DNA from: Leptospirales bacterium
Lineage (GTDB): Bacteria; Spirochaetota; Leptospiria; Turneriellales; JAOUFE01
Direction of reading: 5' to 3'
Length of the DNA: 64,000 nucleotides
Assembly: GCA_040326155.1 (NCBI GenBank)
Contig: JBEQLE010000013.1
Span: 1 to 64,000, forward strand
The notes below the pieces were generated by a model. That model saw only the letters and a program-made list of their open reading frames with translations, did not search any database and had not been told where the DNA came from. Numbering within the stretch: the first letter of the stretch is position 1; each line of letters starts with the position of its first letter. A program made the translations under genes and the position numbers. Positions 50,123-59,983 of the stretch are shown one piece after another.

Positions 50123-51094
50123 TCAGGAAGTTCTTCCCGCCTTTACGGACAACTTTTTCGAGAGTTTCTCCAGCATAGTTTTCACCATAGTTTCTAAATT
50201 ATATCGAGCGTTCCACCCCCACTCTTTACGCGCAGCAAGGTCATTCATATTTTTTGGCCAGGAGTCTGCGATAGCCTGGCGAACCGGGTCAACATCATAG
50301 TCAATTGAAAAATCTGGACGATGTTTTTGTATCTCTTCGGCCAACTCTTGCGGGGTTATATTAAAAGAAGTAATATTAAAGGCGTTTCGATGTTTCAAGT
50401 GATTCAAATCGGCTTCCATGAGTTCCAAAGCGGCGCGAATGGCATCCGGCATAAACATCATATCTAATCTGGTATCTGCTTTCAAAAATGAAGTATATCT
50501 GTTTTGCTTAAGGGCTGCGTAAAAAATATCGACGGCGTAATCGGTAGTCCCACCGCTCGGGGCAGTCTCATGCGAAATAATTCCCGGATACCGAACGCCT
50601 CTGGTATCGACCCCAAACCTGGAAAAATAATAGTCGCAAAGAAGCTCCCCCGAAACTTTCGTAACGCCATAAATCGTATTCGGTCGCTGGAGGGTATCCT
50701 GGGGGGTATTTTCACGAGGTGTGGTCGGCCCAAAAGCTCCAATGGAACTCGGGAAAAAAACGGCGCAATTGTTTTTTCGAGCGACTTCCAGCGTATTCAA
50801 CAAACCACTCATATTTACTTCCCACGCAGTATTTGGTTTTTCTTCGGCAACCGATGACAACAAAGCGGCAAGGTGGAAAATCGTATCGACCTCGTATTCC
50901 TGCACATACCTTTCAAGCAACCCCGCGTCACAAACATCCAACGTCACGCTTGGTCCGGAATCGAAAATTTCAGGATCGCCCTTTCGAGAATGGATTGCGG
51001 CAATTACATTTTGATTACCATATTTGTTTCGCAAGGCCGGCACAAGTTCCGAACCAATTTGTCCAGTCGCTCCGGTAACCAAAATTCGTTTCAT
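50123..51094 (-). CDS. tdh: L-threonine 3-dehydrogenase (SDR type)
   Basis: GATGQIG, HLAALLS, PSSIGAFG, YGVTK, GGTTDY and RQAIADSWP. Confidence 0.9.
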   Translation of the reverse strand: MKRILVTGATGQIGSELVPALRNKYGNQNVIAAIHSRKGDPEIFDSGPSVTLDVCDAGLLERYVQEYEVDTIFHLAALLSSVAEEKPNTAWEVNMSGLLNTLEVARKNNCAVFFPSSIGAFGPTTPRENTPQDTLQRPNTIYGVTKVSGELLCDYYFSRFGVDTRGVRYPGIISHETAPSGGTTDYAVDIFYAALKQNRYTSFLKADTRLDMMFMPDAIRAALELMEADLNHLKHRNAFNITSFNITPQELAEEIQKHRPDFSIDYDVDPVRQAIADSWPKNMNDLAARKEWGWNARYNLETMVKTMLEKLSKKLSVKAGRTS

Positions 51095-51100
51095 ATGTTC

Positions 51101-51129
51101 AAAGTATATTACTGTGTCCGTTTAGTCAA
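51101..51129 (-). promoter_or_regulatory. sigma70 promoter, probably leaderless tdh-kbl mRNA
   Basis: Minus strand TTGACT-17-TACTTT, then 6 nt to the ATG, with no SD. Confidence 0.5.
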
Positions 51130-51231
51130 GTGTACAAAACTAAAGTATCGCATGGGGTGGCGAAAGCTCTTTTTGCGACCAGCAAAAGATAAAACTTGAC
51201 AAAGCAATCGAATAAATTAGCTTATAGCCTA

Positions 51232-51741
51232 ATGAAAAATATCGGAATCTACCTGACAATTGAATCTATTTTGCTATTTATATTAAATTTGATTTTCAAT
51301 TTTATTATCTTAATGGTAATGGTGTTCGCCAACCTGATCAGCTTCCTTTCGGATTTAGTAGGAAGTTTATGCGAAACCTTTTTATTCTGGAAAAGCGATA
51401 CAAGCGGCTCCACTGTAAGTGAAGGAGAAATTTCCTTTTTCGTCTTCGTCGTTTTTCTTATTTTAATCTATCAATTATACCACATCGTGTCTTGTATAGC
51501 ATTTCTAAGATCTAAAACGTGGCCCGTACTGCCCATTATTGTCAATCAATACCTGACTCTGGTTGCAGTCACTTTCATTATAGTCGCCATCGTGAGAGAA
51601 GCTATTTTGCCATATGGAGGTACAGGTCATTCTGAAGAGTTCAAAGTTGGGATTATTTTTACGATTGGTTTCATTCTCTTTGGAATGTTAAAGGTATATA
51701 TCGCCCGTCGGTTTTCTAAAGAGCTGGCTGGGGTAAAATAA
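51232..51741 (+). CDS. Hypothetical membrane protein (4-5 TM)
   Basis: Hydrophobic segments. TTGACA-16-TAGCTT at 51196-51223 favours the ATG at 51232. Confidence 0.6.
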   Translation: MKNIGIYLTIESILLFILNLIFNFIILMVMVFANLISFLSDLVGSLCETFLFWKSDTSGSTVSEGEISFFVFVVFLILIYQLYHIVSCIAFLRSKTWPVLPIIVNQYLTLVAVTFIIVAIVREAILPYGGTGHSEEFKVGIIFTIGFILFGMLKVYIARRFSKELAGVK

Positions 51742-51764
51742 GATGGCCCGCCATGCAGGAGAAG

Positions 51765-52493
51765 TCAACTTTTACGAGTTTTTGTCTGAGTTTTTAATTT
51801 GGCTTTAGCCGGCCCTTTTGGTTTAATCTTAGGTTTGGGTTTAGTTTTTACTTGAACTTTTGGCTTGACCTTTACCTTGGGTTTCGTTTTTGCCTGAGCT
51901 TTTAGCTTGGTTTTTGGTTTGGCCTGCACCTTGGGTTTGACTTTTGGTTTTAACTTCTTTTTTACCGGAGTTTCCAGTTCGTTTATTGTTCCAGATTCTA
52001 TCTGGGCCTTGAGTTGAGCTTTTAACCGGGCTTTTTCAAGGGCCTGGGCCTTGGCATGAACTTTTAGTTGGGCTTTTGCCTGAGCTTTTATGGGTTTTTT
52101 ATCTGAGTACTTTTTGTATATGGAAATTATAATTGGTGCGGCGATTGCAACGAACAGAGCCGCCACGATGTTATATACACCGTTTGAAATATCAGTCAAG
52201 GAGAATCCCTTCTTTTGTTCCATCGGGGGAATGGGCGTTGTGGGTTCACTCAAGACTGGTTGCACGCGAACTTTATTACTACGGTTGTCACTCTTACTGC
52301 TATTGTCGTCCAGCCCGAGCGATTCTTTAAAGACATCTTCTATCGCTTCAAATATTTTTCCGGGTTTTTTTTTGCCAGTTTCCCCGAAAAGATAATGGGG
52401 CATACATAAAAACAGTATAAAACTGATCAATACACTATGAATAAATTTTCTGAGAAGCATATGACTTCTTACCGAATATTTATAACCCGTCAA
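51765..52493 (-). CDS. Membrane protein with Lys-rich low-complexity C-terminal tail
   Basis: Two hydrophobic segments followed by (K-x)n repeats. The start could be the ATG at 52460. Confidence 0.65.
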   Translation of the reverse strand: MTGYKYSVRSHMLLRKFIHSVLISFILFLCMPHYLFGETGKKKPGKIFEAIEDVFKESLGLDDNSSKSDNRSNKVRVQPVLSEPTTPIPPMEQKKGFSLTDISNGVYNIVAALFVAIAAPIIISIYKKYSDKKPIKAQAKAQLKVHAKAQALEKARLKAQLKAQIESGTINELETPVKKKLKPKVKPKVQAKPKTKLKAQAKTKPKVKVKPKVQVKTKPKPKIKPKGPAKAKLKTQTKTRKS

Positions 52494-52740
52494 GAGTTAT
52501 AATATCTCCTTAACGATTTTGCCCTGTCTATAAAAAAGCAGGCTGGCGACGTCTTTTGTTTCATTGTGGTGTAAAGCGACTATCCATTTTATGGTTCGCA
52601 GCGCGGAATGCAACCGCACTACAGACAGGTTTTTTACAATCTCGGTCGTCCACCCTCGGTAAAAAAGAATTGCCCGAATGAGTCTGTATTACTAATATTA
52701 ATACCGTTATACACATAATACGGGGAAAGGAGAAAACAAT

Positions 52741-53505
52741 ATGAATAAATTTATCTATCTACTTTTAGCGATCTCACTGTTTGCCTGCGGCAAAGAAACC
52801 CCCACGAAACAAACAAAAGTAGAAACAGAACAAGTCGAAGAACTTCGAATGAGCGCTTCAGATTACAATAGCGAAGGAATGAAATTTTACAACAAAAAAC
52901 AGTATGAAAAGGCTGCGACTTCCTTCGAAAACGCCGTCAAAGTTGACCCCAAACATAAACTTGCCAATTACAACCTGGCCTGCACATACGCCAATATGGT
53001 CGATGAGTGCGGAACAATTGAAACTCGCGATGTTGGTGAAGAGTACATTTTTAAACAACTCAAAATTGCAGCGCAGTTAGACCCGAATGTAAAAAACAAA
53101 GCCCCGAAAGATAGTGACCTCATATTCTATGCAAAAGACACTCAATTTCTCGAAGCACTCTCGTTGCTGCCCGCCAAAAATGACAGCGAAGGGTGGAAAA
53201 AAATTATCACGGACGAAGATTTCGTGTATGAAGGCAACTGTGTAGGCGGATCTGGAATATTCCCTGCCACTTGTGACCATTTCTTCTTTAGTAAAGATGG
53301 ATCATTTACAGTAGACGAAGCAAATGAAGAGTGTGAGTTTAACTATGAAGAGTGTGAGAAAATACATAGTTTATCTACTAAAAAAACCGGCACATATATA
53401 ATTGAAAATCAGAAACTTTTATTAGAGTACGAATCGGGTAAAACAAAAGAAATTGACATACCGATTCATATGTTTGTAAGAAAAGGGTCTGAGTGTTCAA
53501 TATAA
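52741..53505 (+). CDS. TPR-containing lipoprotein
   Basis: Lipobox LFAC, TPR (ANYNLACTYA) and a strong SD AAGGAG. Confidence 0.8.
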   Translation: MNKFIYLLLAISLFACGKETPTKQTKVETEQVEELRMSASDYNSEGMKFYNKKQYEKAATSFENAVKVDPKHKLANYNLACTYANMVDECGTIETRDVGEEYIFKQLKIAAQLDPNVKNKAPKDSDLIFYAKDTQFLEALSLLPAKNDSEGWKKIITDEDFVYEGNCVGGSGIFPATCDHFFFSKDGSFTVDEANEECEFNYEECEKIHSLSTKKTGTYIIENQKLLLEYESGKTKEIDIPIHMFVRKGSECSI

Positions 53506-53617
53506 TTTTCCATATAGTTTTCCAAAAGTCTAAACTATTCGAGGGAAACGAGTCCCTGAAAAATAGAGTTAATCACCGTTGTTCTTTACAAGGAACGAAC
53601 TGAGGTTAAACTGGCCG

Positions 53618-54892
53618 ATGAGAACGGTAGTACTCGGAAGCGGCGGCAGAGAACATGCAATCTTTTTGAAGCTGTTGCATAGTCCGACGGTTACAGATTT
53701 ATATTTTGCGCCCGGTAATGGGGGAGCTGGGGAAAAACACAGATTCCCGGCAGATATTCTGAACTTTCCCGAACTCGAAAAGATATTTCGTGAAAAAAAC
53801 ATAGAGTTATTAGTTGTAGGCCCCGAAGCCCCACTGGCAGCTGGAATTGTCGATTATTTTGCTGAAAAAATGCCGGAACTTCTTGTCTTCGGACCCGATG
53901 AAAACGGAGCTCAACTGGAAGCTTCGAAACTGTTTTCATCGACATTTATGGACGAAGCAGGTATCCCCCAGGCAAAAAGCCGGCCGGCAAATGACCTGAC
54001 ACATGCTAAAAAAATACTGGCCGAACACCCCCTGCCGGTGGTTATAAAAGCCGACGGACTTGCCGCAGGTAAAGGAGTCAGCATACACCAGGACCGAAAC
54101 GAAGCCGAACAAAAACTGGAAGAAATATTCAATGATAAAATATTCGGTGAAGCCGGAATGGCCGTGCTGTTTCAAGAATTTCTTCAAGGCAAAGAAGCTT
54201 CACTGTTTGCTATTTGTAACGGAAAAGACGCCGTATACCTGCCATCGGCGCAAGATTACAAGCGAGCATATGATGGCCAGACCGGACCAAATACCGGAGG
54301 CATGGGTTCCTTTTCACCGGGCAATATTTTAAACAAAAAACATATTGAATTTGTACATAACCAGATTGTAAAAAAAGTTATTGAAAAATTTCAATACAAA
54401 GGAATTTTATACGTTGGCCTCATGATCGACAACGATGATATCAGTGTCGTCGAATTCAATTGCCGACTCGGAGATCCTGAAACACAATCGGTAATGCCAA
54501 TGTTAGAAACCGATTTGCTGCCCTATTTAACCTGGGCCGCAGGAAAATCGAATGAGGTTTTTACAGTGCTGGAAAATGGTTACCGCAGCGCGCCACAAAA
54601 ACCGGGATATACGATTAATGTTGTTCTTACTGCAAAAGGGTACCCTGGAAATTACAATAAAGGCATAGAGCTTCCCCTGCCCGAAAATATACCGGAATAT
54701 ATTCATATTGTACATGCAGGAACAAAAACCGAAAACGGGAAACTGGTTTCAACCGGAGGCCGAATTATGAGTATCGTTTGTTACGATAAAAACCCCGCCG
54801 AAGCAAGAAAAAAAGTGTACAATTTCATCGACTCAATAAAGGATTCCATAGATTTTGAAAAATTACATTTTCGCACTGACATAGGCTTATAA
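53618..54892 (+). CDS. purD: Phosphoribosylamine-glycine ligase
   Basis: GSGGREHA, APGNGG, VGPEAPL, KADGLAAGKGV, QDYKR, GPNTGGMG and EFNCRLGDPE. Confidence 0.97.
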   Translation: MRTVVLGSGGREHAIFLKLLHSPTVTDLYFAPGNGGAGEKHRFPADILNFPELEKIFREKNIELLVVGPEAPLAAGIVDYFAEKMPELLVFGPDENGAQLEASKLFSSTFMDEAGIPQAKSRPANDLTHAKKILAEHPLPVVIKADGLAAGKGVSIHQDRNEAEQKLEEIFNDKIFGEAGMAVLFQEFLQGKEASLFAICNGKDAVYLPSAQDYKRAYDGQTGPNTGGMGSFSPGNILNKKHIEFVHNQIVKKVIEKFQYKGILYVGLMIDNDDISVVEFNCRLGDPETQSVMPMLETDLLPYLTWAAGKSNEVFTVLENGYRSAPQKPGYTINVVLTAKGYPGNYNKGIELPLPENIPEYIHIVHAGTKTENGKLVSTGGRIMSIVCYDKNPAEARKKVYNFIDSIKDSIDFEKLHFRTDIGL

Positions 54893-55839
54893 TGAATTCA
54901 ATAACTGAAATTATTCAAATTGCCCCTCCGGAATATATTCAATATTTTGCGAAAAAAACCGGGTTTCTCATGACCGGCGCCTTCGAGACGAATAACCAGA
55001 CAAGGTGGTTATGGCACCATATCGTCCGAACGTATGAATTTAAGAACCGCTTTAATACATTAACGAATTCAGAGAAAAAGTCAATGACGATTTTATTGAA
55101 CAATTTTGGCAGAACCCCCTTTGCCGATGAAACCGGATTTGCCCTTGAGAAAAAAGCTCCCTGGGTTTTCAAGCATCCCGCAGGCGGTATTTTTATTCCT
55201 CTCGAAATGATCAAATTACTGATGCAAGAAGATTATTTTCAAAAACAGTACTATTTATTTACCCTCTTGTATAAATTAAAATTAAAAGAACAGAACATAC
55301 TTGCTTCGCTCACAGGAAGTTCTCTGGAGGGACAACTGGCCATCTCATTTGAAAAAAATCCTCTCGATATGGGTCTGGTATTATATATCTGGTTCAGCGC
55401 AAAAATTCGAACCCTGACCGATATACGATCTATGATGCCCCCTAAAGCAAAAATAATAATGGGGCCATATACCTTTGCCAGAGAAGAAGACAAGCCGAAA
55501 AAAAAAGATACGTCACTTCAGGTTGTATTTCCGGAAAAACCGGTAAACCTATGGGACTATCTATTTCTAAATTTTCCCCATTTAAAAAAAGATACGGAGA
55601 AAGCATATACCCTGATGGCGGAAGGAAAAAAAGGGTTTTATCGATCGCTGAATTTAATCAACAACCCTTCAAATGAATATATCAATCTTTTTAAAAACGG
55701 ACTGCTGTTTCCTGTATTATCCAGTTCGGCAATTAGCGATTCTCGGGTAAAAAATATTCAAGTTGTTTCCCCTGCTGAAGTGCGACACCATTATCGCGAT
55801 ACAATAAAAACGAAAAATAAATCGGGTAAAAACCTATAA
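54892..55839 (+). CDS. Hypothetical protein coupled to purD
   Basis: 315-aa ORF with a TAATG stop/start overlap. Confidence 0.7.
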   Translation: MNSITEIIQIAPPEYIQYFAKKTGFLMTGAFETNNQTRWLWHHIVRTYEFKNRFNTLTNSEKKSMTILLNNFGRTPFADETGFALEKKAPWVFKHPAGGIFIPLEMIKLLMQEDYFQKQYYLFTLLYKLKLKEQNILASLTGSSLEGQLAISFEKNPLDMGLVLYIWFSAKIRTLTDIRSMMPPKAKIIMGPYTFAREEDKPKKKDTSLQVVFPEKPVNLWDYLFLNFPHLKKDTEKAYTLMAEGKKGFYRSLNLINNPSNEYINLFKNGLLFPVLSSSAISDSRVKNIQVVSPAEVRHHYRDTIKTKNKSGKNL

Positions 55840-57348
55840 TTTCAAGACTTTAAACTCAACCCGCCGGTTTTGTTTTCTTCCTGAACCTGAACTATTCGAA
55901 GCAAGCGGCTCACTATGCCCGTATCCTTTGGCAACCACCTGTCTTTTCTTAACACCCTTTTTTATTAAATAAGCAACAACAGCCTCTGCTCTTTGTTGAG
56001 ACAGCGTAAGGTTATTTTCTGACTTGCCACGATTATCGGTATGGCCTCCGACTTCCATTACCAGGGAAGATTTCGATTTTAATATTTCAGCTAAACGATC
56101 AAGCTCGGCAAAAGAGTCCGGGGTAAGTGTATTTGACCCGGAAGAGAAAAACACATTGTTCAGCCGAATATTTGCCCCTTTTTCAATTTTCCGAATAGTC
56201 AAACTCAGGTACTTCGATTTCGAAGAGGACTTTAAGTCGAGTGTGGCGCTTTCAGGTAAGAATCCATCTTTATCAGCTCGTATACCGTAACGTTCCCCGT
56301 ACACAAGGCTCAAGGTAAACTTTCCTGTTTTTGAATCGGTCCATGTTCTGCCGAGTAACATTCCATCGCTGAGTCTGAAATAATAAATTTCAGCATCAAC
56401 AGGTTTACCGTCCCCGGTAACGACCTTGCCCGAAACCAGTATTGACTTTTCGGGACGATGTTCTTTCGGTATGGACGTCCTGTATAAGTCAAGGTTCCCA
56501 CCCCGAACTTTTCGAGAGTAAACGCCATATGCACCGGAAGGGTGAATTACATAACTTGTATCGTTCTCTTTCGTATTTACACTCGAACCAAGATTTTTCG
56601 GTTTTGACCATTTTCGCCACGAGTCGTCAAGTCTTCGAGTTACGTACATATCATAACCACCTGCTCCACCCGGCGTGTTGCTGGCAAAATAAAGAGTTTT
56701 TCCATCGGGAGCTAAAAACGGGGTTCCTTCATTATATTTAGAATTTACCAACGGCCCCAGGTTAAGAGGTTCGCTCCATCTTCCCCCTTTTTCAGGAAAA
56801 CTGACATAAAGGTCAAGACCACCGACCGTATCTCTTCTTTCGACGTTTATCAAAAGAGATTTTCCATCGAGGGCCATATAATAATTGCTCAGCGCAGCCC
56901 TGTTATAAAAATTTCTAATTTTCAGAGGTTCTGGCGCAGTCCATTTCCCATTTACAAAACGAGAATATGAAATGCCGTCTTTTACTTTACCTTTTTCATA
57001 AATATTATTTACATATAAAGTTAACCCGTCAGGAGACACTCCTAAAGGAAAATCATATTCTTTAGAATTAAAATCGGCTTTTATGTGAACCGGTCTGGAC
57101 CAGGCCCCTTTTGAGTTCAGAGTCGACATCCAGATATCCTGGTCATCTTTTCTTTCAGAGTAACCAACATTATCAGGATGACCTTCACGGCAAAAAAACA
57201 GGGTTCTGCCATTGGGTGTAAAAACGGGGGTCAGCTCGTGGTACTTCGAATTAATAGAAGTAGATAAACCAGAACCCGCCGCATAAAGGCCAAAAAACAA
57301 ACCGGCCACTGAAAGTAAAACAGCGGCAATTGTAAATATTCGTTTCAT
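55834..57348 (-). CDS. PD40/TolB-like propeller + OmpA C-terminal peptidoglycan-binding protein
   Basis: PD40 repeats (APDGKTLYFAS), GHTDNRG, NLTLSQQRAEAV and NRRVEF. Confidence 0.92.
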   Translation of the reverse strand: MKRIFTIAAVLLSVAGLFFGLYAAGSGLSTSINSKYHELTPVFTPNGRTLFFCREGHPDNVGYSERKDDQDIWMSTLNSKGAWSRPVHIKADFNSKEYDFPLGVSPDGLTLYVNNIYEKGKVKDGISYSRFVNGKWTAPEPLKIRNFYNRAALSNYYMALDGKSLLINVERRDTVGGLDLYVSFPEKGGRWSEPLNLGPLVNSKYNEGTPFLAPDGKTLYFASNTPGGAGGYDMYVTRRLDDSWRKWSKPKNLGSSVNTKENDTSYVIHPSGAYGVYSRKVRGGNLDLYRTSIPKEHRPEKSILVSGKVVTGDGKPVDAEIYYFRLSDGMLLGRTWTDSKTGKFTLSLVYGERYGIRADKDGFLPESATLDLKSSSKSKYLSLTIRKIEKGANIRLNNVFFSSGSNTLTPDSFAELDRLAEILKSKSSLVMEVGGHTDNRGKSENNLTLSQQRAEAVVAYLIKKGVKKRQVVAKGYGHSEPLASNSSGSGRKQNRRVEFKVLKL

Positions 57349-57374
57349 CAGTTTTTATTAGTTTTCAATAATCT

Positions 57375-58076
57375 TTAATCGTCGTTTCCGCCAAGCAGTC
57401 CCGATCGCATTAAGAAATAAACTAATTGTAGTATCGCCATTGCCGCTGCGGCAACGTACGTTAAAGCTGCGGCATTTAACACTTTAGAAACACCATTTCG
57501 TTCCGCCCTGCTCGAAATAACTCCAGTTTCAAACAACATAGACTTAGCTCGACTGGAGGCGTCAAATTCAACCGGCAATGTTACCAGTTGAAATAGTACA
57601 ACCGCACTAAAAAGAATAATGCCTACATACACCAGCCCCATCATCTGCAAAAACATCCCGGCAAAAAGCAAAATCCAGCCGAGGCTCGAACCCAAAGACG
57701 CAGTAGGAACAAGTGCGGTACGAAGGGCAAGCATCGGGTATTTCACCTTGTCTTGAATAGCATGACCCGCTTCGTGGGCTCCGACACCGACAGCGGAAAT
57801 TGATTTACTGTCATGCACTTTCGATGACAGCCTTAAAACTTTTTTAGAAGGGTCATAATGATCAGAAAGAAAACCATCGACACGCTCAATTCTCACATTG
57901 GTCACGCCGCCGGCTCGCAACACGTGAGCTGCAGCCTGTGCGCCGGTCATTCCACTCGAAGTCACGAACTTCGAATATTTGTTAAATTGCGATTTTGTTC
58001 GCATAGAAGCGAACAGCGACAATAAAAATGCCGGACCGATAATTAAAAAATAAAGTGGATCAAAACCATAAAACAT
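57375..58076 (-). CDS. Membrane zinc metallopeptidase (YugP/Zn_peptidase_2)
   Basis: LSDHYDP, AHEAGHAIQ, TLPVEFDAS and AAALTYVA. Confidence 0.93.
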   Translation of the reverse strand: MFYGFDPLYFLIIGPAFLLSLFASMRTKSQFNKYSKFVTSSGMTGAQAAAHVLRAGGVTNVRIERVDGFLSDHYDPSKKVLRLSSKVHDSKSISAVGVGAHEAGHAIQDKVKYPMLALRTALVPTASLGSSLGWILLFAGMFLQMMGLVYVGIILFSAVVLFQLVTLPVEFDASSRAKSMLFETGVISSRAERNGVSKVLNAAALTYVAAAAMAILQLVYFLMRSGLLGGNDD

Positions 58077-58254
58077 ATATTTCTCCCTGAAAGATAATTA
58101 TTAGAACCTTGAATTAGATGTTTCACCTATCGCAGATACAACGATACCGATTCAAGTATTATATTGAATATTTCTAAAAAACCTCATAAAGCCGTCCGAG
58201 TAATATAGAGAAAAAAGAAGAAACAGGCGATATTTATTTCATTTCTTTGATTAA

Positions 58255-58290
58255 GCGGGGGAAAGCCTTCCCCCGCGCTTTGGCTTTTTT
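58255..58290. repeat. GC-rich inverted repeat (terminator- or REP-like)
   Basis: GCGGGGGAA-agcc-TTCCCCCGC followed by a T-rich tract. Confidence 0.5.
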
Positions 58291-58396
58291 AACAAAAAAT
58301 CCGCCGCTTCCCCCAACGTAGAATCGTCATATTGTACTTGACGTTTCTATATTTATATTCTAATGGTGTGCATAAAGGTTTTTTTCGAGAGGAATT

Positions 58397-59293
58397 ATGA
58401 AACAAAAAGCGCGTATAATACGAATATTGAAACTATCTATTTTAACTGTATTCTTCTGCGGCCTCTCGGGACTCTATTCCCTTGACACCGGCCATACCAA
58501 AAACGGATACACAATCACAAAGAAAAACAAAAAAAGAGATAAACATAGCGATAAAAAAAACAAATCTTCAAAGAAAGTAGAAACAAGCGGAGTCGTAATT
58601 TTATACGAAGGCCATGTGGACGGTATTCCTGTTACGATGTTCTTGCAAAAAAAAGGAAACGAAATAATCGGATTTTATTTCTACCGCTGGGCGCGCCCCC
58701 TGATTTTACGAGGAGAGATCAGCGACGATAATACATTTTTCCTGGACGAGTATGTAGGCGCCGAAGTGCAAAATGCTTTTGACGGTAAAATCGACGGCAC
58801 TACTTTAAGTGGCAAATATGGAGGTTACACTTCATTTGAGGTAAATGAAGTTAAAAAGTTCGAAAGCGATACTAAAGTAATTTCAAACGAACGTTTTGAA
58901 AAGCTTATGGGGGAACACCTGCTTTCTCTGCAATGGATTAGTTGGGACTTTTACGGTAATATCTCCGTAGTCATGATCGGTGGCAAAGTAATTATGTACG
59001 GTCAACAATTCAACTTTCGAGGCGACAGTCTTGTTATTGCCGGTTTGGTCACCGAAATTAATGACAACTCTTTTACTTTAAACGGCACAGTTTCTACCCA
59101 GCTGCGTGGAATTGCAAAAGGGGAAAACTGTACAAGAGATGGAGAGCTGACCTTTTCGATCTACCCCAACGGTGCATTCTGGCGCTTAAAGCAAATGGAA
59201 AACCCATGCGATAACTTTATCGATTATATCGACATCTATTTTAAACGCCCGGCAAGTCGATATAATAATGAGAATTTATATATTCTCGACTGA
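58397..59293 (+). CDS. Hypothetical exported beta-rich protein
   Basis: Signal peptide, Lys-rich linker, two beta-rich domains and SD GAGGA. Confidence 0.7.
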   Translation: MKQKARIIRILKLSILTVFFCGLSGLYSLDTGHTKNGYTITKKNKKRDKHSDKKNKSSKKVETSGVVILYEGHVDGIPVTMFLQKKGNEIIGFYFYRWARPLILRGEISDDNTFFLDEYVGAEVQNAFDGKIDGTTLSGKYGGYTSFEVNEVKKFESDTKVISNERFEKLMGEHLLSLQWISWDFYGNISVVMIGGKVIMYGQQFNFRGDSLVIAGLVTEINDNSFTLNGTVSTQLRGIAKGENCTRDGELTFSIYPNGAFWRLKQMENPCDNFIDYIDIYFKRPASRYNNENLYILD

Positions 59294-59308
59294 AAATAAA
59301 TTAAACTT

Positions 59309-59905
59309 TTATTCCGCTTCCAGAACGAATTTAATTTCGCTGTCGCCGTTTTTACTCATACTCCATGTTAATGAGTTTGCTTTCGAATCGAAATGTTTTG
59401 AGTTATGAGAAACTATTTTACCGGAATAGATTAAAATTAAATTCACATTGTCGTCTTCTTTCAATGGGTTTTTCCACCAGACAGAAATCCTTTTTGCATT
59501 ACCTTCAAAACGAAAAGTTCCTTCTTGAAACAGAGGGGCTAATATAGTTAAAAGATTATTAAACTCACCTTCAATATACGCGTCCGTCGAGAGTGCAGAC
59601 TTGTTCGTCAATTTTACCGTAGCGTCATAAAGAGGTATAACCTCCAATATGGAACGTCCCTCTTTTTTATACCCCTTGTAAAACTCTGACATCTCAAGAC
59701 GACGCTCTTTAAAATCCGATTCATTAGAGTGGATATTTACAAATTCAATTTTTGCCGTCCCCTGGTAAAAATCGCTTTGGTCTAAATAAATATAGATATT
59801 TGCTGCTTGATAATCGAGGCACGAAGAAAACGCAAGAATCGACGACAAGAGCAGTATTCGTTTCACAACCCGTTGCAACCAATCCCGGTTTTTTAATTTT
59901 TGCAT
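59309..59905 (-). CDS. Hypothetical lipoprotein
   Basis: Leader ends LAFSSC. Confidence 0.65.
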   Translation of the reverse strand: MQKLKNRDWLQRVVKRILLLSSILAFSSCLDYQAANIYIYLDQSDFYQGTAKIEFVNIHSNESDFKERRLEMSEFYKGYKKEGRSILEVIPLYDATVKLTNKSALSTDAYIEGEFNNLLTILAPLFQEGTFRFEGNAKRISVWWKNPLKEDDNVNLILIYSGKIVSHNSKHFDSKANSLTWSMSKNGDSEIKFVLEAE

Positions 59906-59983
59906 ATTTATCCCCGTTTGTAGATTCAGGGTAATTACAATATATTTTCGGACTTCGTCAAGAATTATTCTCGGGTTATTTCT

